Below are positions 27,633 to 40,241 of a stretch of 64,000 nucleotides of DNA, in pieces. The translations under genes were made by a program, and so were the position numbers. This DNA comes from Octopus sinensis (Eukaryota). Each line of letters starts with the position of its first letter. Within the stretch, counting starts at the first letter, position 1. The notes under the pieces are model-generated. The model was not told the origin of the DNA and made no database searches. It was given only the letters and a program-made list of their open reading frames with translations. Location of the stretch: assembly GCF_006345805.1 (NCBI RefSeq), contig NC_043021.1:25792001-25856000 (forward strand), given 5' to 3'.

Positions 27633-27799
27633 AGGAGTGTTCTAAAACACTTGGAAAACTATTGAAAGTTAATGGATACTGAAGGTTACAGGTAGTGACC
27701 TGCTACCCACATAAATCCTGTCAGGAATAAGACTGAACCTGAGTCAAGTCAATAATAATAATCTTAATGTAGAATAATTTATAGTTATTTATCAATGCC

Positions 27800-28028
27800 T
27801 TTCTATCTTTTACTTAGTTCAGTCACTGAACTGCAGCCATGCTGGGTCACTATCTTGAAGGATTTAGCCAAACAAATCGACCCCAGTACATTTTTTTCCC
27901 TTTTTTGCAGCCTGTTACTTTTTCTGTTGGTCTCTTTTGCCAAACTGCTAAGTACAAGGCTGTAAAGAAGCCAGTACCAATTGTGAAGCAATTGGTGGGG
28001 TCAAACACAATACAGCACAAACACACAT

Positions 28029-28106
<78 letters not shown>

Positions 28107-28203
28107 ACACACACACACACATGTGATGAGCTTCTTTCAGTTTGAATCAAAGACCACATAATTGGGAAGTAAGTTCATTAGCCACATAGCCATGCCTGCA
28201 CCT
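27800..28203 (-). mobile_element. SINE family B copy with long (CA)n
   Basis: Tail, body and partial head motifs in reverse orientation. Confidence 0.75.
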
Positions 28204-29495
28204 ATATTTACATTTTCAAATATTCTTGGTTTATACTTGAAAATGCATTCACTCAAGAGTTTCTCAACAGAAAATGACTGAATAGATGAAGTAACAGCTG
28301 TCTGGGTTATACTGTATCTCATTTCTAAAGAAGACAAGTTTATTGTGTCACTTCAGTTCCTCTTACTGTAGGAAATAGATACCAAGCTTACCTACAAAAC
28401 TTCCATTGGACTTGAAGGCTACCCAACAGAATATTTTTCTTTCATGAAATTCAATGCTGCAGTAACCACTGTTTCTAAGGAGATGGTGATTCGTGAAAAG
28501 GATTAAGTTAGCATGATTATATGGCAGGAGTAATCTGCATAAAATGGTTAATAGCGAGAATGATCAATTTGAATTGTTGTCACCAAAGTTGAACAGCAGA
28601 TAGAAATTAATAAGTGAAGCAGTTTGTCTGCCTTGTGTAATACTTAAACTTAATTGTAAAATGCTGAGTTTGAATCTCGTTAAAGTGACAAGTAATTAGC
28701 ATAAATCAAGGACACTGTTGTGAGAGAGGGAGGCGGTGGTGGGGAGTTAACACTAACAATTCAATGAGCTGTGATTCTTTATAACTGAACATTCAACAAT
28801 TACACTATGTTCACCTATATGGCTGAATTTGAATAGAAGTTGATAACTGAAGCCCACAATTTCTTCAGTTCACTAGTGATGCCACCCACCTCACACCATC
28901 AAGAACTTGTGCATGAATTCTTTTGGAATCTTTCTTCACAGCTTAACCTGTTTTAACATTCCTCTCTCTATTCTTATCTGTGGATTATTTTCTGTGATTT
29001 TTTACTATTATTTACTTCTCTTATTTTATTTTACTTCTTGTTATTTGGCTTAAATTAAAGATAGTAAATTCCTTTATTCCAATCAACCACTTTAACTTAA
29101 TTGATCTGAATGCATTTATATGTGAAATTTTTCTGTAAAGAATTACACCACAATATATGTTTGCTCTGTTGGTTTCTTTTGCCTAACCAAAATTCCTCCA
29201 ATCTTGTCCAATTCTAGGTCTTCCGTACATTGTAAAGATAAAGGGTAGCTTGTGTTTATGTTTAGAGTTGAATCATAGATGAAGCCATGATGTTTGGGTA
29301 ATTTGATGCTTTAGCTTTCTTTATTTGCATTAATTTGTGAATATAGAATTGTATTATAATATGCTAAGCATACATATTGATGCAAATATGTGCATATAAG
29401 TTTTGCATAATGAAATGAATGCATGATTAAGGTTACAAAACAGCTGTAATCATATGGAAATATAAATCTATCTTCACCTCTCAAAACTCCTGACC

Positions 29496-29533
<38 letters not shown>

Positions 29534-29700
29534 CAAATTGAGATAGGGGTTGTAAATGCAACCCACCATGGGATACCATATATCCAATATACTGCTAGTG
29601 AGCTACCCAATAAAGTTAATACATGTTAAGAATTGCGATACAATTAATTCATTTATTGTATTATATGGGCAAAGGTAAAATGTTTTACCACAAATTCATA

Positions 29701-30143
29701 ATACAAAATAAGAAAATGGAGAAATACATTGAAATCAAATATCAATTACCAGATAATACTCAATCACATACTTTATCAAACCACCACATAAGAAACTATA
29801 AGGTTGAACATAATAATGCAGGGTAAAGCAGTGTACATGAAGGAGTGTACATAAAATAGTAATGTTATACAATAAGTAGAATACATATGATAGAACATAA
29901 ATATAAGTACATATAAATATAAATATAATTTATATTTATATAAATATAAATAAAATATAAATATAATTTATATTTATTGTATAACATTACTATTTTATGT
30001 ACACTCCTTCATGTACACTGCTTTACCCTGCATTATTATGTTCAACCTTATAGTTTCTTATGTGGTGGTTTGATAAAGTATGTGATTGAGTATTATCTGG
30101 TAATTGATATTTGATTTCAATGTATTTCTCCATTTTCTTATTT

Positions 30144-30148
<5 letters not shown>
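29701..30148. repeat. 175-bp perfect inverted repeat with 98-bp AT-rich spacer
   Basis: 29701-29875 is the exact reverse complement of 29974-30148. The module lies between (TA)n tracts at about 29500 and 30147. Confidence 0.95.
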
Positions 30149-30186
<38 letters not shown>

Positions 30187-30531
30187 TGTAATCACGTAAT
30201 CAACCAATGCTATATATCACTAGTCACAATGCACTTTGCATCAGTTTAGCTTTTGAATGATTCTACCCCACTGGTTAGGCAAGGAGGCCAACATTCCTCC
30301 TGGTTGCAAAGCTAGTCTGACAAAGGGCCACCTATTGACCAATGAGTGGACTGGAGCAACATGAAATGAAGCATTTGGCACCACTCAGTTTGGTGATTGA
30401 ACCCACAATCTAGCAATCATGAGTGCTACATCCTAACCACTTGGCTACGTGTCTTTACTATATATATTAAATATATATATATATATATATACTCATGATA
30501 AATAACTACTTCTGAGATAATGTATTTGTGT

Positions 30532-30573
<42 letters not shown>

Positions 30574-31869
30574 TGTGTGTTTGTGTGTGTGTGTTTATGT
30601 CTGTGTGTAACTAAAGCTTTGGTTTTACCCCTAGATGCCCTTCCTGCTGCTAGTGATTTGCCACGAAAGTAGAAGTGGAACTTGTTTTACAGCCAGCCAG
30701 GCAGCTTTGGGTGCTTTGCTCAGATCAGTGACATGCAACCACAGCAATATAATCAGAATTCATGACCCTAATATCAATTGTCCAGCACTATAACATTACA
30801 GTCACACACACTCCCTCCCTCCCTCTCTCTCTCTCTCTCTCTCTCTTTCTCACATACACACACACAAACAAAACAAAATGTAGTAGAAATACCAGTTCAA
30901 CATTGACTCACAGTTATATAGTAAACACAATTTCTTTTGGTTAATAAATGTAGAATAGTGAAGACAAACTACCTTCAAATATTCACGTCTGTGGTCAGTG
31001 TTTTACTTTTGTGGAAGGCTTCCTTTCTTTTCATTGGTTAATAATTGTTTCTAATTTTAGCACAATGCTATCACATTTGAGGAGTGGTGCTTAGTCAATT
31101 TCTATCAACCCCAAATCTTGCTGGTACATTAATCAACTCTGGAGGCATAACAGGCAAAACCTAAATTCATCTTCCACACTTTCATTCTATCTATCTATCT
31201 AGCTAGCTAACTATCTATCTATCAGCTATCTGTCTGTCTGTCTGTCTTTCTGTCCTTCTTTCTTTCTCTCTTTCATTCTTGCTTTCTTTGTTTTCAACAA
31301 TCCAATTTGCTGTTGTCATCATCATTTGTACTTCTGCTTCCCATACTGGCAAGAGTTGAATGTTTTGACAGGATCCAATGCTCCAGTATTTTTGTCTCAG
31401 CATGGTCTATATGGCCAACTACTTTACAGAGTGTACAAGGTCCTTTTTTTCTCATGGTAACAACATTAATGAGACTAAAGAGACCCCACAACTACAAGTG
31501 AGGTTGATAGAACATAGGGTGAAGATAGTGAAGGCCTTTGCATGTCAGACAAATGAGTCTAGAAAGGTTACTGTTCCTAACAAAACATCATTGATATCTT
31601 TTCAATCATTGGATTGTGCCCATGCTAGGGCACCACCATAAAGAACTAACGAGAAAACAGGAAAAAAATAGATGTGTACTGCAACACATAGCCTGTCAGA
31701 TTTCTATTCCAGAGGCCAGAGGTTTTTATCCCACCAGAGACTATATAAAACCCTGAATTTTTCTTTAATGCTGATACTTCACAAGCATTGACCAAGTTGA
31801 TTTAATCGAAGCCAACTCCCAAAAGGCTCGTCAGCTTCAAGGGCAGTGAATTGATGATCTTTCTCTGAT

Positions 31870-32690
31870 AGAGGAATCTAATGGTATGTGACTGTTCCTT
31901 TGCATAAGCACAGGTCCTGGGTTGAGAAGCCATGATGGCATATATGTTCCTGTATATCCTGAATATCTTTGACAGTTAGAGAGGCATTCATGAGGAGTAG
32001 TGATGAAGATCTGATTGAATGCAATGTGCCTGGAAGAACTGTTTCCCATGAAGATACTGGAAGGGCTTGAGTTTTCAAAGAGAGTAGTGCTGATTTCCAA
32101 ACAGTACCATTATGTCTTTCTACTTAACTCTTGCCAGTGAGGTTGTCGGGGTTGTCCTACTTGTTGCAATGCCCTTACTAAGGAGCCATTCTTTCAATTT
32201 TGTCGGCATAAAGGCAGTTCCATAATCAGAATGTATGTAACTGGGCATAGTGAAAACTGAAAGCAAGTCTGTTAAACATCTCATTACAGACTGAGCTGAT
32301 GTGTCAGACACTCGATAACCAAATGGAAACCAAGAGTATTCGTCAAAGATTGTCAGAAGATAAGGATACTTTGTTGAAGGAATTGGCCCTTTAAAACCAA
32401 CTGAAATTTGTTCAAATGGCTGCATGGCCTTAATTAAATTAACAAAGTTTGGTTTATAATATTGTGGTTTCACTTCTTGACATATAGAGCAATTCCTATA
32501 TATTTGTTTCACATTCTCCAACGAAATATGGAAGGCTTCTAGTACAGACGAAATGATGAAGGCGTATTACACCAGGATGGCAAAGTGCTACATGTAACTC
32601 ATAATGTGAATGTGAACTGACTGCTGAACAGCGTACCCCAGTGAATGCATCCGGAGCGATGTTACTGGATCTTGGGCAATAAAAGGAGTC
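31870..32690 (-). mobile_element. Ty3/Gypsy LTR retrotransposon integrase relic
   Basis: HHCC finger (LHVALCHPG...CSICQ) and core (QISVGFKGP..YLLTIFDEYSWFPF..IHSDYGTAF..GIATSRTTP) across frameshifts. No LTRs seen. Confidence 0.88.
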
Positions 32691-32826
32691 CAAGTTATTG
32701 GCCGGAATTACATACTTGAAGTCAGTGTTGGCAGAAATTAAATCAGCTTACAAATACATGTTCACTTTACTAAATTTATACTCAGGCTAAGCCCAAACAG
32801 CCCAAGTGCCAAAGTCATTACTGATG

Positions 32827-32860
<34 letters not shown>

Positions 32861-33978
32861 ATAAAAAGTAAAAGGGATTAATAAATTGAGGCAGTTTTCT
32901 ATAAAACTCTGTTTTAAACAAATTTGGTTAACTATATAAAAGAATCAGATACCAATAAATGCAAGTTGAATAAACATCCAAGGTAATTTTTCGTGTGTGG
33001 CTAGTAAATCCAAATACCATCATCATCATCATCATCATCAACTTTCGATGTCCAGCTTCCATGCTAGGATGTGTTAGATGGTTGGACAGAATGTGTTGAC
33101 TCCAAGAACCACATCATGCTCCAATGTCTCCTTCGGCATGGTTTCTATGGGTAGATGCCTTTCCTAACACCAACCACACTACAGAGTGTACTGGGGCTTT
33201 TACATGTCACCAACACCAGTGAGGTCGCTATGCAGCTCACAAGTCCCCTTTGACTGATTTGGGCTACAGTAGAGAGAGAGACGCTGCTCTATGTGAGGAG
33301 ATGAGATTTTAAAGAAGGAAAGAAGGTTTTTCCTTTTTACTGTACAGGTACTGTACATGAGCTACATGTCTACTCTCATTATAGAAGAGAGGGTGGAAGT
33401 AATTGGGGTGGAGCAGGACAGAGAGATAAAAGCAGTGCTTGCAAGCTGTCAGGGTGCTTCAAGGTACAGAAAGGTGAATAGAAATGGGAACAGAACAAGA
33501 GGTGTGTGGACAGAGGCTGCAAGAGGAAATGAGAAGACTGGGGAAGGGTTAAATATGGGGTGGGGGTAAGAGAGCGAGTAAGAATGAAGAACAAGAGCTG
33601 GAGGGTAGTCAATAATAAATGAGTTGGAGGGGAGGTAGGGAGGAGTGGGTGATGACTGTATAGACTGGGCTGGGTTGATATAATAAATGAGTTGGAGAGA
33701 AGGTTGGGGAGAGTAGGTGATGACTGGCAGTACAGAAATAGACAAACAGAATTGTAAAAATGATAATAATATAATAGAGCAGGGCGGGGAAGATGATGTA
33801 TGGGTGTGAAGGTTTGCAAGTGTGCAAAGGGAAAAACAGATATAGTACCTGAGAAGAGTAAGAGATTGTGGTGGAGAGAGATAATATGGTAGCACGCCAG
33901 GGTGGTCAATGTAAACTGTATGAATATATATAGACAGACATACATATTAAAGTACTGAAAGTACCTGGCAGCAGCAGC

Positions 33979-34014
<36 letters not shown>

Positions 34015-35529
34015 TGTGGTTGTGGTGGTGGTGGTGGTTGTGGTGGTAGCAGCAACAGGATATATTTATTAATATATTGTATTCATTTATAAACAATAGT
34101 GTTATTGGTTACAGGACCAATCACTTGGTCCAATCACTTGTTGACTGTATGAAGCATATATAATCAATATACATACATAAATAAAAAAAACACACACACA
34201 CATTGCAGTTGTACTTGTTTGACAAGTACAACCTGAAGGGAGAGAGCGTGTTCAAGCCGAGACAAATTATCTCATAAATGAGAACTTTTAATAATTCCTA
34301 ATTGTGACAGTGACCCAGATGAAGACTGGAGTTGGAGATTTTTGTGATTTTGAAAGGGTTAAACTAAGTCCACCTTGACATATAGAGATCTCTAGACATA
34401 TAAGCAGAGGCATGGTTGTGTGGTTAATAAGCTCACTTTGCCACTTCATGGTTTTGGGTTCAGTCCCACTGTGCGCCACCTTGGGCATATGCCTTCTGCT
34501 ATAGCCTCAGGCTGATCAATGCATTGTGAGTGAATTTGGTAGACAGAAACTGTATGGAAGCCTGTCATGTGAGTGTCTGTGTGTGTCTCCATGTGTATAT
34601 GGATGGCATTTTTGAATAAAGAATGTTATACATAAGAAATTACATCTCTATCTGGAATTCTGTCTCTATGATGCCCATAGGCCTCTTTCTCTCTTTCTTA
34701 AACCCCCTTCTACCCTCAGCTGCAGCCCCATATTCTTATAATATAATTTGAGATAGCACTGGATTCCCCCACCTATTCAATCCACCCTTGTCACCCTTAC
34801 TTCTATGACCCTCTTTCTCTCTTATATAACTCTTTTCTCCTATCTCTTCTATACACCCTACCCTCCACCAACAGTGTCTACTCTGTCACTCTCTCTACAA
34901 CCAACCTCTCTCAAGAATGAATATGTTTCACTTGTCATAATTCACCTTCTCTCATCACTCACCTAAAGTCATCACTCTCTCCTATCCTCCCTTCAATCAT
35001 AAAATACACACCTGGATTGACAAACTGAGTGGAGACAACACAAGGTTGAGAAGATTTCTTTTTTTTGTTTGTAACTTTGCCAGGAGAAAGACAATGTCTG
35101 TAGTGTTGGTGCTACAAACAATGCTACCAGTAAAACTCTGGAGAGTGGTTGGTGTTAGTAAGAGTAGCCAAGAGACCAAGTCAAAACTGAAATAATGGGG
35201 GAAGATCTGGTCGTTTGTTTTGTTAGATCCTGCTGAATCAGCCAACCCAGGCCAGCAAGGAAAGCAGAAGTAAAAGTGCTGCTGCGGCTGCTGTTATTGT
35301 TGCTGCTGCTGCTGCTGCTGTTGCTGCTGCTGATGATGATGATGATGACGCCAACGACAACCATGCTGCTGCCACTGCTTCCATTGTCCAACAACATATA
35401 TATCTCAATTCAATCCAAGATGAATCCTCAAACAAAATTAAATTCAAATAAAATCTAGATTTAATTTATTTATGCATATTTAAATATAATTCATTCATAT
35501 GAATATATACATAAATATATTAACATACA

Positions 35530-35812
35530 TGGTTGATGCCAGCACCACCTTGACTGGTTCCCATGCCAGTGGCATGTAAAAGGCATCAACCAATCATGGT
35601 CAGTGCCAACCCCCTCTGGCCCCTGTGCCGGTGACATGTAAAAAGCACTCTCGGAGTGGTTGGCATTAGGAAGGTCATCCAGCTGTAGAAATATTGCCAA
35701 ATCAGACTGGAGTCTGGTGCAGCCTCCTGGCTTTCCAGACCCCAGTTGAACCGTCCAACCCATACCAGCATGGAAAATGGATGTTAAACGATGATGATGA
35801 TGATGATGATGA
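35530..35812 (+). mobile_element. Family A retroposon copy
   Basis: Two tandem units, GGTTGGCATTAGGAAGG motif and (GAT)n tail. Confidence 0.8.
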
Positions 35813-36413
35813 TTTAGTTATATGAAAATAAGTATAGCTTTAGACGTACATACAAACTCAAAGACAAATTATAAAAACAGTTATCTTTTTTTAGCTCTTA
35901 ACAGAATCAATATTTTTCAGTTTAGAAATAAGTAAATTCTTTATTCAGGTTTATTTTTAAAAGTGAAAAGAAAAAAAGATGTTAAATTCTAAAATATTAT
36001 CTCCAAACCACTCCACCACCACCACCACCAAAACTTCAACAACAACAATATTCATTTGAAGCTGCTATTGAAGGTGTTTCACATCACTTATATTCATCAG
36101 AAATACATTGATAGTGATCAATAATCATTGGTTGTGATGAATATATACTTTATATTGACCTTCATCAATTGTTTTCTTTATTATTTTCTTCTCCTTCTCC
36201 CCTCTGATTGTACTTGAGACATTCCGAATGTTTGCCAATGAAATAACAATAAAACAGTTCTAGTTATGGTTTATTGCTATGTAAATGTTCTTTAAATAGA
36301 GTGAGGAGTGTTTGCAGAGTCCAAGAAGTTGAATTGCCTTGAGAAGCGAGGAAAAATCTAATGGTTTGAGCTGGGTTTTTTTTTTTTTACCTTTACCTAA
36401 AAGTGGAGGAGAG

Positions 36414-36448
<35 letters not shown>

Positions 36449-37859
36449 TAGCGTCGTCATTATCATCATCATTGTCATCATCATCAGTTAATGTTCATGC
36501 TAAATTCAGTCTGGGTTGGACAACAGACAAAAACTGAAACTGTTGTCGAATTGATTGTGGGCGAAAGAAAAAAAAAAGATATTGATTTCTTCTAGTAGCA
36601 CAGGGTCTCAGATTTCTTGGGAACAGGAGAACCGATTTTGGTGTGAAGATCATTTTTCTTTTTTTATTAGGAAAAAGCAGCAGTGGTCATGAATTCAAAT
36701 CCTATTATTACAGCCATTAGGAATGATAAACTCCCAAGCAAAGTAAATACCTCAGATTGTCCCACTTTTGTCCTCCTCTATGATAAAAACATACTCAACA
36801 ACTTCCATTTCTCCATTCTAGTATGGATCAGATGAATATATACTACTGTATCAGCATTGTTTTACAACTGGATACTCTTCCTGATGCCTACCTTTACCTG
36901 TTTTTCAAGTGAGAAAGTTTTTCGTTCCTCTTGTCTTGAAAAGTAGAGCTACTGGAGGATTTGTCAACAGGGAAATGACAACAGACAACTCTAGCTGTAG
37001 CTCAGTGGTCGTTCTTCATACAAGCTCATACTGTAAACATAGACACATATATACCATTATCATCATCACCATCATCATTATGACTTACTGTCAGTTTTCC
37101 ATGCTGGCATGGGCTGGAAGGTTTGACAGGAGCTGACAAGTCAGAAAATTGCTCCAAGCTCCATGCTGTACTTTGGTATGGTTTCTACAGGCTGGATGCC
37201 CCTTCCTAATGCCAACCACTTTAGGGAGTGTACTGGGTGCTTTTTACATGGCACCAGCAGCAGTGAGGTCACCAAAGAACATACAAGACAAGAAGACCCC
37301 ACTCCATTGATAGGGAAGTAGCATTGAGGGAGGTGGCTTTGTGCCAGGTGATGAGAAGCTAAATTCTCATAGAAGGACAGGAAGGGGTGTTTTGCAATGA
37401 AGGAGACACATGGCAACCTCTGTAGGAAAGAGAGAGGAGAGAAAGGGAGAGAGGAGAGAAAAGGAGAGAGGAGAGAGAAGAGTGAGTGGAGAGAAGATGG
37501 TGAAGATGTGACGGTGGGGGAGACTCAAGTTACAGGGAGGAGGTGTATATAAGTGGAACTAAGGACTGAATAAGGTGAATGGGTGGGTGAGTGAGTTGGC
37601 AAGCCTGTGGAAGGAGAGTGGGAGGTGGAAGGAAGGGAATGTAGTGAGTGGAGAGAAGTAGAGGGAGGAGGTATTAGAAGAATGTGTTGTGGAGAAGAGA
37701 TTCAACAGGGACACATTGTGTGTAAGATAGGAGAGGGGGCAGGAAATACAGATGGTGGAAGATGGGTTGTGGGGGTGAGAGGTTTGTCAGAGACAGATTG
37801 TATGCAGGGGAATGGGCTTTGTGACTTTTGTTTTATTTAGCTGGATAGGTCTCTTCAAG

Positions 37860-38460
37860 CACAGCAAATCCCCAGTCTTTCAGTCCTTTGTCATCTCCTT
37901 TGTGAGGCTCAACATCTGAAGATCATTTTTCTACCACTTTGTCCCATGTCTTTTAAAGATTCCCTCCACGTCTAGAGATCAGCACCTCTTTATGTAGCTA
38001 GCCTCATCCATACACATGAGACCATACCAGCACAGTTTTCTCCCTCACACTCTACATGTGATGCCTCTGACACCTAATTTTTCTTTCAGCATATTTATAC
38101 ACTGTTTTACATGTTCACTGACATCCAGCAAAGCATGCTGGCTTCAATTCTCCCAAGCCTTCACATGTCTCCTCTACAGGAGACATGTGAAGGCTTGGGA
38201 GCCCACATTTTACTCACATGCAAGCATCATACAATGTGCATTTCACTCTGAGGGAGAGGCCTCTTGTTACCAATAAAGGTGATAGCTCTCTGAACTTTGT
38301 CCAGCCAGTTTTAATTTGAACAACTACACTTTCAGAGCATCCTCCTCTACTGCTAATTTGGTCACTTAGGTAACAGAAACTGTCTTCTTTCTCTAAGGAA
38401 CCCCTGGGCATTGAAGTAAATCTATTTCCTCTGTGTTCTTAGTGTTTATAGTTCCTACAC
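37860..38460 (-). mobile_element. RTE-type LINE ORF C-terminal fragment
   Basis: EKEDSFCYLSDQISSRGGCSESV..IKTGWTKFRELSPLL..GLSLRVKCTLYDAC, typical of the RTE post-RT region. Confidence 0.8.
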
Positions 38461-39327
38461 ATCAGAAAATACACACACACACACATGTATGTGTATGTGT
38501 GTGTGTAATTCAAGCCATATCACATCCGATGACGTAAAGTAATAGGTAAATATAATTAGTGCTCAAGGTTGATTTGCTACCTAAAAGTCCAATTTGAACT
38601 GCAACTAAAAGCAGGATGTTATGAATGAATTCTGATAAGTGGGTGTCGGCCATTTATCAATTGAACAGCCACGTACGGAGTAGGAGGAAAGCATAAACAG
38701 GTAGAACAACGGGTATCAAGTTATTTCAGTTAAACCTGATGGTTGAGTTGTTAAATGAGTACAGGTCGTAGGAAGGAAGGAAATGAAAAGGTGGGCAGAA
38801 AGTCTCTTTCAGCTGTTTCAAGAACAGATGTGCAGACGGTGCATGTCGTGCAAAACATGTGATAGCTATCCATATATATATCAGTGATCTACTCCATCAT
38901 CAGAGGGAGAATGAGAATGAGCAGCCATCTCTGTTCCATCGTCAGAATATAGCTTGGCACAGTCCTCTGGCTGGACAGTTGCTGTCAAACTGTCTGAGCC
39001 ATGCCAGTATCAGAATTAGACATTAAATGATGATGACGATGATGGTGATGATGATGATGATGATGATGACGATGAAAGGTTTTGTACAGTTTCTAAGCCT
39101 CACTCACAAGACATTGGTCAGTACAAGGTTATAGTTGTAGGATTGAACCCAAAACCACATGGTTGTGAAGCAAACTTTTTAACCAACTCCTACAAAAACA
39201 ATTACTCTAAAAAAAAAAAAAAGAAATACCTCCCCACCACCACCACCTCCAACTTCGTGCAATACCAAACAATGGTAATGACTGGGATTCAAAAAGACAA
39301 CCTTCAGAAGGATTGTCGCGAAAGATA

Positions 39328-39470
39328 AGTCGACTTTGCCTTTCATCTTTTCAGGGTCGATAAATTAAGTACCAGTTACACGCTGGAGTCGATGTAATTG
39401 ATTTAATCCTTTTGTCTGTCCTTGTTTGTCCCTTCTATGTTTAGCCCCTTGTGGGCAATAAGAAATAAGA
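39328..39470 (+). mobile_element. 5'-truncated SINE family C
   Basis: Closely similar to the 3' half of the 22100 copy. Degenerate TSD GAAGGATTGTCGCGAAA / GAAAGATTGTCATGAAA. Confidence 0.8.
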
Positions 39471-39686
39471 AAGATTGTCATGAAACTCTGGTGTTAGTAG
39501 GGATTAGTTTACATTGGAATAGGACAGACATAGCCACATGGCTAAGAAGCTTGCTCTCCAGTCATGTAGCTTCAGGTTCAGTCCAACTGCAGAACACTTT
39601 GGGCAAGTGTATTCTACTATAATCCTGAGGTGACCAAAGCTTTGTGAGTGGATGTGACAGAAACTGGGAAAAGCCTCTGCATATAG

Positions 39687-39720
39687 GCAGCAGCGGCATT
39701 TTTTGAGGAACCGTTATCAG
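39687..39720 (+). CDS. Candidate 34-nt upstream exon of the ankyrin gene
   Basis: TAG| GCA GCA GCG GCA TTT TTT GAG GAA CCG TTA TCA G|GTAAGA. Strong phase-1 donor joins in frame to 40087 (AAAAFFEEPLS-DGSTAVH). Acceptor is weak. Confidence 0.4.
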
Positions 39721-40086
39721 GTAAGAATATCACCTGTGATAGTCATTTGGTTCAGAGGGAGATTTATATCACACCCAACCACTTCATAACATAAAAAGAA
39801 AGACAAGCACCAGTTCTTGGTGCTCATCACAGCTCAGAAACATTTGAATTTCATTAATACTTCTGTCTTTTAAAATAATATTCAGTTCTTATCCTCTTTT
39901 TCATCATCATGGTCTTACCACAGAAACACCCTCACAACATACAGCACCCCACATTACACCCCCCCCACACACACACACTCCTTGCATTACACCCCACACA
40001 TCCCCAGCTCAGTCCTCACATCATCTGCTACCACAGTCCCCAAATCCTTCCCAATTACACACAGTCTGTTTCTCTCTCATTCACAG

Positions 40087-40241
40087 ATGGTTCAACTGCT
40101 GTCCACAAAGCTTGTTATGACAGCAACTGCAAAGCTTTAGAATTCATAATCCACCAGAGGGGCGACATACACTGTCAAGACACGCAGCTGCGATCTCCGA
40201 TCCACTGGGCTGTTGCAACACCATCGACTGATTGTCTGAAG
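40087..40241 (+). CDS. Ankyrin-repeat protein, exon A
   Basis: Pyrimidine tract plus CAG acceptor (phase 1). DGSTAVHKACYDSNCKALEFIIHQRGDIHCQDTQLRSPIHWAVATPSTDCLK. Donor AAG|GTATGG (phase 0). Confidence 0.92.

Noticed and set aside
33357-33945. 188-aa and 148-aa minus-strand ORFs
   Set aside because: Purine-skewed low-complexity sequence, stop-poor on the reverse strand, with no protein-like motifs or splice support.
34208-34265. 10-bp hairpin GTTGTACTTG/CAAGTACAAC followed by CTGAAGG..GAGAC
   Set aside because: Too short, the hammerhead boxes do not match, and there is no stem II.
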